Part shown: piece after piece, positions 1-10,148 of the stretch
How positions within the stretch are numbered: the stretch's first letter is position 1
Layout of the letters: every line of letters begins with the position of its first letter
Assembly (NCBI GenBank): GCA_965222375.1
Contig: CBDCTZ010000005.1
Location: forward strand, 160,001-224,000
Reading direction: 5' to 3'
DNA from: Polyangiaceae bacterium
Lineage (GTDB): Bacteria; Myxococcota_A; Polyangia; Polyangiales; Polyangiaceae
Length of the DNA: 64,000 nt
Notes under the pieces: generated by a model
Seen by the model: only the letters and a program-made list of their open reading frames with translations
Told to the model about the DNA's origin: nothing
Databases searched by the model: none
Position numbers and translations under genes: made by a program

Positions 1-119
1 CTGGCGCGCGTTCCGAGCGTAGGCGGCATCACTTTGCCGCCACAGATAGCTCCGAGCCTCGACCCGATCCCCCTCGTCGTGCCGTCCTCTCGACGCAAGC
101 CCAAAGCCACCTAGTGTGG

Positions 120-1049
120 TCAACGAGGTCTGGCGATTAGCGCGTTGGTCGTCGCCCGATGGGGAAGCAGCGTCCGCTTCTTGTCGCCAATTTCGACCAG
201 CATGGAAGTCGAAAAGCCACCATCAAGATTGAGCGCCGTCCTGACGCCGAGCCCACCTTTCGCGCGGGGCGTTGCCATGAGGGTGGCGAACTCCGCGAGG
301 GTCAACCCCGTGGAAGTGCTCTGCGCATTGAGCGCGACGACGGAGTCGGGCCGCTTGTCGGCGGCTCGCGTGTCGAAGGCGACCACGAAGATCACGCTCC
401 CGTCTTTGCGAACGGCCACGGCGGATCGCGCGTCTCGCCGCATGTTCGAACGCTGGCGTACTACGGACTGTCCGGCGTCCACCAACCGGTCGATGCTCTG
501 CAGAGCCAGGTCCGGCGTCTTGGGCAGTTCCGCGTCGCGATGAACAATGCGAGCCGCGCTCCCTTCCAACAAGAAAACCCCGGATCCGCCGGAGCGCGTT
601 CTTGGCGCCAGCTCGCGCTTGTCGCTGACGACCCAGCCCATGGGTCGGTCATCACGACCGTAGAAGCTCCCGTTGATCGCGACATAGTCCCCCTGGCGAA
701 GCTTTCCGACAACCACATCCAGAAGTGGTCGAGGCGTCCCGGCTTGAACCAGGCTCAGCCGCGTTTCGGACAAATCCACCCGCGCGACCCAAACCAATCC
801 AGACGACTCGGGAAGCGAAAAGGCATGTTCGCTGAAAGACAGACCCGTGTCCGAGTCGAGCTTCGACAACGGGCGCAGCGCCGCACTCTGGGGGGATTGC
901 GCTGATGCGCTCGGTGCAGGTGGTGGCGACGCAGAACTCGCTGCAGGAGCCGCCGGCTCTGGATCCCGTTTGTCGCACGCCGCGCTCACGCCGACTGCGA
1001 TCACGAAAAGCATGGCGGCGCTGCGCATGCGGCGCAGATTAAGCCGCAA
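120..1049 (-). CDS. Phosphodiester glycosidase (DUF2233/NAGPA-like) lipoprotein
   Basis: Lipobox VSAAC; AINGSFY, ARSAVA and ALNLDGGFST motifs typical of the family. Confidence 0.8.
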   Translation of the reverse strand: MRLNLRRMRSAAMLFVIAVGVSAACDKRDPEPAAPAASSASPPPAPSASAQSPQSAALRPLSKLDSDTGLSFSEHAFSLPESSGLVWVARVDLSETRLSLVQAGTPRPLLDVVVGKLRQGDYVAINGSFYGRDDRPMGWVVSDKRELAPRTRSGGSGVFLLEGSAARIVHRDAELPKTPDLALQSIDRLVDAGQSVVRQRSNMRRDARSAVAVRKDGSVIFVVAFDTRAADKRPDSVVALNAQSTSTGLTLAEFATLMATPRAKGGLGVRTALNLDGGFSTSMLVEIGDKKRTLLPHRATTNALIARPR

Positions 1050-1075
1050 GGACCGGTTGTGCTAGCGTCGCGAGC

Positions 1076-1495
1076 ATGGCGCAGCCGAGCGGGTTCCCAG
1101 TGCTCATCAAGTTCCCCCTGCATTGGGGCGAGATGGATGCTTTCGGGCACGTGAACAACACCAGGTACTTCACCTGGTTCGAGTCCGCGCGCATCCGTAC
1201 CTTCGAGAAGATCGGAGTGGTCACGGATAAACCCCTGCGGGTTGGCCCGATCCTGGCCACGACTCAGTGCGACTTCCTCAGGCCCATTGCCTACCCTGCG
1301 GACATCTGCGTCGGATGCCGAGTGTCCAAGATGGGCAACACCAGCATGACCATGGAGTACGAAGTCCGAACCGAAGACGCAGACCATCCCAGCGCCACCG
1401 GGTCCTCGGTGATCGTGCTGATAGACTATGAGACGGGGGCGAAAGTGCCCATTCCCAACGATATTCGCGAGAAAGTCAGCGGCCTCCGCCCCTGA
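1076..1495 (+). CDS. Acyl-CoA thioesterase (4HBT/YbgC-like hotdog fold)
   Basis: WGEMDAFGHVNNTRYFTWFESAR signature. Confidence 0.9.
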   Translation: MAQPSGFPVLIKFPLHWGEMDAFGHVNNTRYFTWFESARIRTFEKIGVVTDKPLRVGPILATTQCDFLRPIAYPADICVGCRVSKMGNTSMTMEYEVRTEDADHPSATGSSVIVLIDYETGAKVPIPNDIREKVSGLRP

Positions 1496-1594
1496 CACGG
1501 CCAGGTCCAACGGGGTCGAAAAAGTCGTGCAAGGCCCGCCGACGGCTGGTGTCGATCCATTAGAAGCGGCGAACCGCCGCCAAGGAGGAAGCCC

Positions 1595-1945
1595 ATGGAG
1601 CGACGCGTTAGCCCTCGCACGAAGACCCGACTCGCCCTGTCGATCCGGCGCGGCAAGCTCACCTTCACAGCCCAGTGCATCGAACTGTCCCAGACGGGAC
1701 TGCTCGCCGAAGTGCCGCGGGCCCTTCGTTCCACAAGCTGGCCTTACGCAACCGCGCGACTGAGGCTTGGGGACGAAACCGTTCACCTGCTCTTGCGCCG
1801 GGTTCGCGTTCGGGGCGTCACAGCCGCCTATGCCTTCGCCGCACTGGATGAATCCGCACAATCGAGGCTGACGGATCACATCTTCGAAGTGATGCACCGC
1901 GCGCTGCCGCCGTCGCGGCGACGTCGTCTCAAGCGCGCCGCTTAG
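1595..1945 (+). CDS. PilZ-domain protein
   Basis: ERRVSPR (RxxxR) and ELSQTG (D/NxSxxG-like) motifs; GGAGG RBS upstream. Confidence 0.75.
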   Translation: MERRVSPRTKTRLALSIRRGKLTFTAQCIELSQTGLLAEVPRALRSTSWPYATARLRLGDETVHLLLRRVRVRGVTAAYAFAALDESAQSRLTDHIFEVMHRALPPSRRRRLKRAA

Positions 1946-3518
1946 AGCCGCGCCGCCAGCTGCCCAAGCCCAGGGCGGTCAAGAGCAGCATCCAGAAGTT
2001 CGCGCCGGAGCGCTGGGCCATCGGTCGCAGACTGCAGCCACCACCGTCGGAGGTCTGCAGCGCCGCGGGTGCGGCTCCCTGACCTTGGCCACCGAACGCG
2101 CCGAAGCCACCAAAGCCCGACGTGGCGCCCGTGCCGGTGGCCCCGCCGGACCCCGGCCAGCCCGCAGTCCCCGAGCCAGCGGTTCCAGGGAAGCCTGCGG
2201 TCCCTGGACCTGCTTCGACGGGATCCCCGGAATCGGGTTGAGGCGTAACGCCCGCATCCGGTGGCGCGCTGCCGCACTGAGACGCTGGCAAGCAGTACTT
2301 TTCGCCATTGCCCACGTTGGCGCAGCAGCCCCCGGGCAAGCCCGTGCAGTCCGCTCCGGTCTTGCAAGGTGTGCTGCAGAAGCTGGAACTCTGGGTGTAG
2401 AGACATGCGTCTGCGCCGAGGTTCGGATTGCAGAACGGCAGGCTCTTGTTGCCCGGGTAGGCGCAGGGAGTTCCCAGGCCGCCCTTGAAGTTGTACTTCG
2501 GCGGGCCGGAACCGCAGCCACCTCCCGTGGGCTGAAACGTGACGTTGAGGGAATAGGCCCCCGGCTTGGAGCCGCTGGCGCCAGCGAAGGTGTCCGCCAC
2601 GATGTAGTAGGTCCCGCAATCTACGGGCTGCGTGAAGCTGCTGTCGTCGCGGGCAATGCAGTCGTTGGTGTTCATGGACGTGTATAGATGCACGTCGATG
2701 TCCACGCCCACGTCATCTTGCACGCTGACCGTGACGTTGCCGGGCTGATTGAAGGTCACCTGATAGATGTATTCGGGCCCCGTCTCCTTCGTAGAAGGCT
2801 TGGCCCCACAACCGTCGAGCACATCGCTCAAGGACGCGGTGGTGTTGCGCGCATCCGTGAAGGGCAGCGCCCCGATGGGAATTGGCTTTTCAGTCGTTCC
2901 AATGGGCTGCGCGGCCGTCGTTCCGGTGATCTTGTTGTAGCGGCGGGGCACGTAGCCATTGAGCCAGGACCAACCCGGCAGGCTGTAGTGCACGTTGTAG
3001 AATACGGACTCGTACAGTGCGGGTTCACCATTACCCAGCATGTGGCTGTGCATCGACATATGGTTGCCGGCGTCGTTGTAGATGTCGCCGGCCAACACCG
3101 CGCTCTGAGGAATTGCGCTCGACGTCTGGTGCACGCTGCTCGTGGTGTAGTGGCCCGATTGCCAGCATTGGCTGACGAAGCCGGAGCAATCCAGCCCCGA
3201 AGTGCAGGCGAGGATCCCATCCGCAGGATAGGACCCCGCGCCGTAGCCGGCGGCGATCTGCTGGTCGAAGCTGAACAGGGACATGTGACCGCCCCAGTCG
3301 TAGGGCAGGCCCATGTAGTCACCCGGCGCGTAGATGCTCTTGTACGCAGGGTTGCAGGACGCGGTGGCGTTTGCCGCAGTGGCTCGCCAGGGATGAAAGG
3401 CGAAGGCCTTCGCACGCACGATGGCTTCGGTCCGGGAAATCGCAGACGCGCTACAGGAGCTTCCGAGGGCGGCGCTGAGAGCCGCCAAGCCCAGCAGGGC
3501 TGAGGTCAGGCGAATCAT
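1929..3518 (-). CDS. Secreted NlpC/P60-like Cys hydrolase with PPC-like domain and MYXO-CTERM tail
   Basis: Signal peptide; PYDWGG...GLDCSGFVS...H; DVDIDVHLY...GTYYIVAD; C-terminal GGGCS + hydrophobic stretch + RR. Confidence 0.7.
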   Translation of the reverse strand: MIRLTSALLGLAALSAALGSSCSASAISRTEAIVRAKAFAFHPWRATAANATASCNPAYKSIYAPGDYMGLPYDWGGHMSLFSFDQQIAAGYGAGSYPADGILACTSGLDCSGFVSQCWQSGHYTTSSVHQTSSAIPQSAVLAGDIYNDAGNHMSMHSHMLGNGEPALYESVFYNVHYSLPGWSWLNGYVPRRYNKITGTTAAQPIGTTEKPIPIGALPFTDARNTTASLSDVLDGCGAKPSTKETGPEYIYQVTFNQPGNVTVSVQDDVGVDIDVHLYTSMNTNDCIARDDSSFTQPVDCGTYYIVADTFAGASGSKPGAYSLNVTFQPTGGGCGSGPPKYNFKGGLGTPCAYPGNKSLPFCNPNLGADACLYTQSSSFCSTPCKTGADCTGLPGGCCANVGNGEKYCLPASQCGSAPPDAGVTPQPDSGDPVEAGPGTAGFPGTAGSGTAGWPGSGGATGTGATSGFGGFGAFGGQGQGAAPAALQTSDGGGCSLRPMAQRSGANFWMLLLTALGLGSWRRGSKRRA

Positions 3519-4546
3519 TTCGTCACCTCCCCACCAAGCACCGCAAGGTTGGTGACGACCAGCCCTGCACTCGTAGCGTGAATGTGGCTCAACCGCCCGG
3601 CCCGGAAGGCCAGTTCGGTTCGGGGCAGGTACACGCCCGGCGCCGGCAAGGCCTCATCGACCAGGACCGCGCCGGTGACGGCGTTCACACACAATGCGCG
3701 GCGGTCAACGCTGATCTCCGGAAGGCTGCGGACCCGTTCGGTTCGCAAGCAGACAACCTCCGCCTCGCCACCCACGATGCGCGCCGCAGTGATCTCTCCC
3801 GCCAGCGCAGACGCGTGCAGCACCCGACCCCGCACGTTGCCTTCGGTTTGGCTCAGCTGGACCAACTCCGCGCGATCCTTGACGGCTCGAATTGCGACCC
3901 CACGGCCATCGGGCAAGATGTGCGCGCCCTCTCGCTTGCTACGCAGGGTGACTTCCAGCGCCAGGGGCGCCGACGGGCTACCCAGCTCCAGGCGCTCTTG
4001 AAAGCCCGTGTGAACACTGAGGCGACGCGACGGCCCGACGCTCAACCGCGTCAGCTCCCGCAGCTCCCTCGGCACCTGCATCTCTCCAGCGGACTGGCCT
4101 GTCGCATCGAAAAACCAGGCCCGAGCGCGCAGTGGGCTGAACGCCACGACGCTTCCGGCGCCCGCGATCAGTTCCTCGGCATCCTTGGGCACCGCTGCCA
4201 AGGTTCGCAGCTTGCCATCTGGTCCCACCGTCACGATGCGCTCCCCGAGGCGATCCAGAATCAGGCTCTGCCCGCTCTCGGAGATGGCCACCGCATTCGG
4301 TCCGTACGCCATGCTCTCGGGCCCGGCAGGATCGAGGCGGAGCTCTCCGGCTGCCTTCCCCCACGGCACGGTCACGCTGAACCGATCCGGAAGCTCTGCC
4401 GCCGCAGCGCTCGTCGTGACTGCTTCGGCGCGCCGCTGCTCCGACTGCGCGGTGCCAGTACTCTCTGATTCGAACTGGCAAGCGGCAAACGCCGAAAGCG
4501 ATGACGCGGCTAGCGCCACCCAACCTAAAAATCCCACTCGTTTCAT
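3515..4546 (-). CDS. Hypothetical lipoprotein (possible beta-propeller), co-transcribed with the NlpC/P60 gene
   Basis: Start chosen at MKRVGFLG (4546); lipobox AFAAC; 4-nt overlap with downstream gene. Confidence 0.65.
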   Translation of the reverse strand: MKRVGFLGWVALAASSLSAFAACQFESESTGTAQSEQRRAEAVTTSAAAAELPDRFSVTVPWGKAAGELRLDPAGPESMAYGPNAVAISESGQSLILDRLGERIVTVGPDGKLRTLAAVPKDAEELIAGAGSVVAFSPLRARAWFFDATGQSAGEMQVPRELRELTRLSVGPSRRLSVHTGFQERLELGSPSAPLALEVTLRSKREGAHILPDGRGVAIRAVKDRAELVQLSQTEGNVRGRVLHASALAGEITAARIVGGEAEVVCLRTERVRSLPEISVDRRALCVNAVTGAVLVDEALPAPGVYLPRTELAFRAGRLSHIHATSAGLVVTNLAVLGGEVTK

Positions 4547-4681
4547 GGCTCGATCTTTCCAGCGCTCGGGCCCCCCAAAGGCCTCCTGAGCGCGGGCGCC
4601 CTTTAGCACGGCTCGGCGACATGCAAAAGTCGCGGGATTTTCGTGAATGCTTTGGCGCCACTGCGCCACTGATTGACCACC

Positions 4682-4852
4682 ATGAACGAGCAAATCCAGC
4701 CGTCAGAGACGGTCGAGGACGATTGGTTCCTCGCCCCAGAGCCCGCCGCACCCCTCCGAGGAATAGCCCCAGAGCAGGAGCTCGATGACCCCTGGTTCGA
4801 TCGCTTCAAGCCCCTCAGCAGCTTTCCCCCGCCACCGCCCTCAGAAGTCTGA
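4682..4852 (+). CDS. Small hypothetical protein (56 aa) with two DD(P)WF motifs
   Basis: Hand translation MNEQIQPSETVEDDWFLAPEPAAPLRGIAPEQELDDPWFDRFKPLSSFPPPPPSEV; fills an intergenic gap. Confidence 0.4.
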   Translation: MNEQIQPSETVEDDWFLAPEPAAPLRGIAPEQELDDPWFDRFKPLSSFPPPPPSEV

Positions 4853-4903
4853 GCCCGCCCGCCGCTTCGAGTCAGCGAAAGCCGCATCTGCTACGCTAGC
4901 AGC

Positions 4904-6079
4904 GTGCGCTTCAACACAACCCTTGGGGTTTCGCTTTTCCTAGCTGGAGGAGCGGCACTCGCTGCGGCCTGTTCTGGCGCCACTTCCGACCCCACCAAGC
5001 CCCAGCAGGACGCTGGTCTAGATGGCTCAGCGGGTGCCACCGCAGACGCCTCAGCGGATGTGACCAACGACACTCAGATCGAGGTCGGCACGGATGCAAA
5101 CGGCGTTTGCAGCTGCGCGCCTGGGCTCCACAATCAGTCCATCATCGTCGTGTCGGCCCAGTCAGAGCTCTGGAGCTACGACCCTGCCAAGAGCAGCTTC
5201 ACGAAGATCGTAGACCTGAACTGCAGCGGGGAGAAGAACCCGTATTCCCTTGCCGTGGACCGTCGTGGCCTGGCTTGGGTGCTGTTCGCGGGAACCAACG
5301 ACATCCGAACTGTCGACGTCACGTCGCCGGCGGGCTGCACCGACCCGACGTATTTTCCCAACCAAAATGGCTTTGGCCTGTTCGGAATGGCCTTTTCAAC
5401 GGACAGCGAGCCCAAGGTGTGTGAGCGCATCTATGGTCTGAGTTATTCGGGTAGCGGCCCCTTCACTGAGGGCAAGAACGTGGGCGTGCTCGGCCGCATG
5501 GACCCGAGCACCAACATCATCACGAAGCTCGCCGATATCGACTACAACGGAGGAGAGTTGGCTGGAACCGGAGACGGGCGACTGTTTGCCTTCGCCGGGG
5601 ACAAACCCGCCAAGTTCGTCGAGTACGACAAGGCTACGGGAAACACCATCTCCGTGACCCCCCTCACGGGCTTTTCCAAAACCAACGCGTCGGCCTTCGC
5701 CCACTTCGCCGGGGACTTCTACTTCTTCACCGAGGCCACGCCCGCGGCGTGCGAGCCTTGCCTCCAGGCCACCTGCGCCGCAGAGTACGCACAGTGCCAG
5801 GGCGATGTGAATTGTTCTGGGGAACTCGCCTGCGCCCTGAGCGCATTCATGATCAGTGACGACTGCGGCGGACTGATGCCCCAGGCCGTTCAGAACTGCG
5901 TAAACGGCTGTGCCGCGGAGTGCCTTCCGGCCGCCGTGAATCGCAAGAGCCAGGTTCACCGCTTGGACTTCGACGGCAGCGACGAGTCAGCAGCCGGCCT
6001 GGTCCTGGAAAACCCATCCGCTCCAATACGGGTCGTGGGCGCGGACGCCTCGACCTGCGTGCAATTCGTCCCTCGCTGA
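4904..6079 (+). CDS. Cys-rich secreted lipoprotein (propeller-like)
   Basis: Lipobox LAAAC; GC-type codon usage; Cys clusters. Confidence 0.75.
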   Translation: MRFNTTLGVSLFLAGGAALAAACSGATSDPTKPQQDAGLDGSAGATADASADVTNDTQIEVGTDANGVCSCAPGLHNQSIIVVSAQSELWSYDPAKSSFTKIVDLNCSGEKNPYSLAVDRRGLAWVLFAGTNDIRTVDVTSPAGCTDPTYFPNQNGFGLFGMAFSTDSEPKVCERIYGLSYSGSGPFTEGKNVGVLGRMDPSTNIITKLADIDYNGGELAGTGDGRLFAFAGDKPAKFVEYDKATGNTISVTPLTGFSKTNASAFAHFAGDFYFFTEATPAACEPCLQATCAAEYAQCQGDVNCSGELACALSAFMISDDCGGLMPQAVQNCVNGCAAECLPAAVNRKSQVHRLDFDGSDESAAGLVLENPSAPIRVVGADASTCVQFVPR

Positions 6080-6101
6080 TCGCCATCACCCGCGGGGCGA
6101 A

Positions 6102-6665
6102 ATGCCCGCGCGCTCAAGCAGGGAGAAAAGCGCGCGCGAGTTCGATATGCTCCGCGCCATGCTGTTCCGCATCTGCTGCATTGCCCTGACCTTGGTCGTA
6201 ACGAGCTGCATCCAGCGTCGCCCGGACCAGCGCCACCCCGCTAGCTGCGCCGATACCCGACAGCGCGCGCTGCCCGTAGCTCCCGACGATGAGGTCGCCG
6301 CCGCCTCGAGCCGAGCGAAACACATCGTGCGCGCGCGGGTTCATTTCACGGGCATGGTTCGCGGAGACGACGGCACGAGCTACGACTACGTCATCGTCGC
6401 GCCTCTGCAATTCCTACGAGGCAGCCCGGAAGGAACCCACGCGCGCCACCGCGAGGAGTTTCCACTGTTGATGCCAGCGGGCACGAGCACACTCGCTGAG
6501 ATGATGTGCCGCGAGGGCGACATCTTTCTTTTCTTGGTGGACATTCCCGCACCGGGCCAAGGTGCCCAGCGTGTGCCCGGAGACGTCGCGGCCGTGTTCG
6601 GCCCCGACGCCGTTACGTTGCACGGAGTGCTCGGGGATCACGAACGCGCGCGCATCGTGCCTTGA
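6102..6665 (+). CDS. Hypothetical lipoprotein
   Basis: Hydrophobic leader with VTSC; start uncertain (possibly 6147). Confidence 0.5.
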   Translation: MPARSSREKSAREFDMLRAMLFRICCIALTLVVTSCIQRRPDQRHPASCADTRQRALPVAPDDEVAAASSRAKHIVRARVHFTGMVRGDDGTSYDYVIVAPLQFLRGSPEGTHARHREEFPLLMPAGTSTLAEMMCREGDIFLFLVDIPAPGQGAQRVPGDVAAVFGPDAVTLHGVLGDHERARIVP

Positions 6666-6690
6666 GGCGATCGACGCCCAAGTCCAGTGC

Positions 6691-7056
6691 ATGACAGCCA
6701 TTGCCTACATCTCGCTGTGGTTTCGCGCCTTCGCCGTCACCTTCTTTTCTGAAGCCGCCCTCGCCACGCCACTGTTGAAGCACGGCGAGCCCAGCTGGAA
6801 GCGGCGCCTATCCGTCGTCCTGCTGGTGAACGTCGCGAGCCATCCGGCTGTTTGGTTCATCTTTCCGGAGTTCGGCATGAGCTACATGGCGCGCCTCGTG
6901 CTGTCGGAAGCCTGGGCGGTTGGCTTGGAAGCCTGGGCCTATCGGCTGATTTTCCCGAAACTCACGCGAAAGCGCGCGCTCGTGATCTCCCTCTTGGCCA
7001 ACGCCCTATCCGTGGCCGTCGGGCTGTCCCTGCGCGGCCTCGGCGTGCGCGTGTAG
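6691..7056 (+). CDS. Small integral membrane protein
   Basis: Several hydrophobic helices; NVASHPAVW and SLLANALS motifs. Confidence 0.7.
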   Translation: MTAIAYISLWFRAFAVTFFSEAALATPLLKHGEPSWKRRLSVVLLVNVASHPAVWFIFPEFGMSYMARLVLSEAWAVGLEAWAYRLIFPKLTRKRALVISLLANALSVAVGLSLRGLGVRV

Positions 7057-7199
7057 CCGAAACAACCTGGGTCTTGGGCGCCGCAGTCCGCGCGGGCGGC
7101 GTGGCAGTCCGGCCCCAGCAAGCCCGCGAGTTTCCGGGAAAAGCACGGCGCACAGGCCTGGCCCAAGCCTTGCTCTAGGGCGCCGCGGAGGCATTTGGC

Positions 7200-9095
7200 G
7201 TGAACACTCGTGTACTCTTGGTGGGATTGGCATTCGGCGCTTTGGGCTGCAGCAGCGGCGCAGGCCCTTCGGGGCCGGGGGGCTCTGGGGGCGCGGGCAA
7301 TAGCGGTGGCTTCGGCGCATTCGGCGCATTCGGCGGCGGCGCAGGCCTGGGCGGCAGCGGGGGTAGCGTGACCCCACCGAGCTGTGATGCCGGGCGGGTG
7401 CTGTGTGGCACCGAGTGCGTGAACTTGGCGGAGGATCCTCGCCACTGCAGCGCCTGCGACGCCGCCTGTGGCGTCGGCGAAGTGTGCAGCGGTTCAACCT
7501 GCACTCTCATTGCCGACTGCACATCCACACCCTGCCCCGGGCTCTCCTACTGCGATCTGGCAACCAAGCAGTGCAAGCCCGGTTGTGCGTTCGCGGAACA
7601 ATGCGGCAGCAACGAAGTCTGCGACACGACCCAACACGCCTGCACTTGCGCTCCCGGTTTCCACCGCTGCGGCGGCGTATGCGTCCCGGAAACATCGACC
7701 GCGGCTTGCGGCGCGAGCTGCACGATCTGTCCCACAGATGCCAACGGGACCGCGAGCTGCAACGCCGGCAGCTGTTCACTGTCTTGCAACACGGGCTTCC
7801 ACGCCTGCGGCAATACCTGCAAAGACAGCAGCAGCGTGGATTCCTGCGGTAGTTCCTGCACGCCTTGCGCGAAGGATCCGAACGGCATCGCCACCTGCAA
7901 CGCAGGCAGCTGCGGGCTCAGTTGCAACACGGGCTACCACCTGTGCGGCTCGACCTGCGCGTCGGACACGAGCCCCAACTCCTGCGGCACCAGTTGCACC
8001 CCCTGCCCGACCAAGGCCGGCGCGACCGCCGCCTGCACCGCGGGCCAGTGCACTTACTCATGCACCAACGGCGTCACCTTCGACAAGGCGCTGAAGATCA
8101 AGAGCGGTGTGACCGGGCTCGGCGTCGGTGACGTGACCGGCGACGGCAAGCTGGACCTCGTCACATCCGGCGGCAATTCCGTCATGGTGCATCCAGGCAA
8201 TGGGGACGGCACCTTCAAAGCCGCCGTTGCCTACGCGCTGAGCAACGCAGCCGGATTGGCTCTCGGCGACATCAACGGTGACAATCGCCTCGACGTGGTC
8301 GTCGGCTCTGGGGTCTCCAACAGCACACTGCCGACCCGCGCGCTGTGGAAGCTTCTGGGCCAAGCCAATGGCACACTGAGTACGGCGAGCATCATCGAGA
8401 AGACCACCTTTCCGGCTGGAACCATCGTGCTGGCGGACTTCTCCGGCGACAGCATGCTCGACTACGCCTACCTGCACGGTTCAGGCAGCAACGTGTACTA
8501 CGCCACCGGAAACGGCAACGGCACCTTCGGCACCCGCCAGACCCGCTCCATCAACGTACACGCCATCGCGGCCGCAGACAGCACCGGCGACGGGCGCCTG
8601 GACCTCATCGCTGCAGGCTACGACAAGCTCCACACCCTACCCGGAACGGGCACGACCAGCATGCTGGGCTCGGAGGTGTCTCAAACCATCGCTTACCAAT
8701 CCAAGCGCCACTTGGGAGTCGGCGATCTGAACGGGGACAAGAAGGCAGATGCCGTGATTGGGAGCTCGAGCGACGGCATGGACGTGCATCTCGCCACCAG
8801 TGGCGGCAACTTCGGTCCCAAGACCAGCTACACCGGAAGCAAGCTGATCCCCGTGGTCGCTGACTTCAACGACGACGGCAAGCTCGACGCGACCCACGTC
8901 GACTATTCCTACGTGCACTTGCGCCTGGGCAATGGCAGCGGCAACTTGGGCGCCGCCGAGAAGCTCTACACCGGCAACAGCCCGGTCCGCGCGACCAGCG
9001 CAGACATGAACGGCGACGGGTTCGCGGATCTCGTCTACACCCGCTCGGCGACCTGGAACAAAGAGGTCGTCGTTCAGCTCAGCAAGTGCAAGTAG
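7200..9095 (+). CDS. Lipoprotein with Cys-rich repeats and FG-GAP/VCBS repeats
   Basis: Lipobox ALGC; CG..C repeats; repeated GDxxGDGxxD motifs. Confidence 0.85.
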   Translation: MNTRVLLVGLAFGALGCSSGAGPSGPGGSGGAGNSGGFGAFGAFGGGAGLGGSGGSVTPPSCDAGRVLCGTECVNLAEDPRHCSACDAACGVGEVCSGSTCTLIADCTSTPCPGLSYCDLATKQCKPGCAFAEQCGSNEVCDTTQHACTCAPGFHRCGGVCVPETSTAACGASCTICPTDANGTASCNAGSCSLSCNTGFHACGNTCKDSSSVDSCGSSCTPCAKDPNGIATCNAGSCGLSCNTGYHLCGSTCASDTSPNSCGTSCTPCPTKAGATAACTAGQCTYSCTNGVTFDKALKIKSGVTGLGVGDVTGDGKLDLVTSGGNSVMVHPGNGDGTFKAAVAYALSNAAGLALGDINGDNRLDVVVGSGVSNSTLPTRALWKLLGQANGTLSTASIIEKTTFPAGTIVLADFSGDSMLDYAYLHGSGSNVYYATGNGNGTFGTRQTRSINVHAIAAADSTGDGRLDLIAAGYDKLHTLPGTGTTSMLGSEVSQTIAYQSKRHLGVGDLNGDKKADAVIGSSSDGMDVHLATSGGNFGPKTSYTGSKLIPVVADFNDDGKLDATHVDYSYVHLRLGNGSGNLGAAEKLYTGNSPVRATSADMNGDGFADLVYTRSATWNKEVVVQLSKCK

Positions 9096-9278
9096 CTGCC
9101 TCTCTGGGTCGAGCTCGAACGTCTATTTTGGTTGGGGTCGACGCGCTTCGCGACGCGCTTCGTGATACCCGACGGGGTGATACCCGAAGGGCTCATGACT
9201 CAGCACATCGTTCTTGCGACATCTGCGGAGTCTCTTCCTAGGCCGACACCAGCCACCCGGCCCGACGTATTTTCTTGG

Positions 9279-9870
9279 CTGGTTTTGTTTTGGGGATGTG
9301 CCGGAAGCTGCCGTCATCGACGGTTCATCGCGGTACGACGTGGGGCGTCACCTGCGTGACAATCGGCAGGACGCCGTTTCGCGGGGTCGATAGGCTGCCC
9401 ATGCTGCTCCGCCCGTGATGCAGCGAGCGCCTCCGCTGGTGACGCGGGCGACGGTGGGACGGCGCGCCCAGGCAACTCGGATGCCGCCAGTGGCTTCCGC
9501 CGGCGGCGCGGGCGATGGTGGGACGGTTCTGTGTCGGCCGAGAGCGGGTCCCAACTCTGGAGTACCGCGCCCCTCCGCTGCATGGCGGAGGGCTGATAGA
9601 GAGAATCGGACCTGCCCAAACTCCAGACAAGAATATCCCAGGGTGGGAGGGCAACTTGGTCGGCACATTGAGTCAGCCGGTTGCTCGATTTTTGTACGGT
9701 GTCCCACCCCGGGTGGGACAACTTGTCGGCCGACCGCGATGCTTGGTTGCGGAGTTTCGCGCCGGCGATGGGTGTCTTGCCGACTGATAGGGGCTGCGGT
9801 GCGGGCGGGCCTTTGGGGGCCCGCCACATCCGCACCTCCGCCGGGGCGCCGCGGCCGCGGGTGTCAGCGC
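9279..9870 (+). repeat. Copy A of a long structured non-coding element (inverted relative to copy B)
   Basis: 9280-9320 and 9590-9870 align by eye to the reverse complement of 12175-12220 and 11838-12122. Confidence 0.8.
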
Positions 9871-10148
9871 GGGGACTCCCTAGCCAAGAAGCAGCCCCAT
9901 GCTGTCCTTCGAGAGCAGCAAAAAGAAGATGACCCGTCCCCGCGGAGTCTCGGCAGCGCAGTCGTCATGCTGAGCCGAGGCTCATCGAACCAGTATCGCA
10001 AGTGCTTGCCGCAGAAACGCCTTGAACGCCCTCGCTCCCGGGTCCGGACCCCTTGCCGTAGTTGGAGCGATCGCTAGCGCCGCCACAGCGTTCTTCGACT
10101 CGGCCCGACGAAATCCCATGGTCGTGAGCGCCAGGAGGAGCTTGTGGT

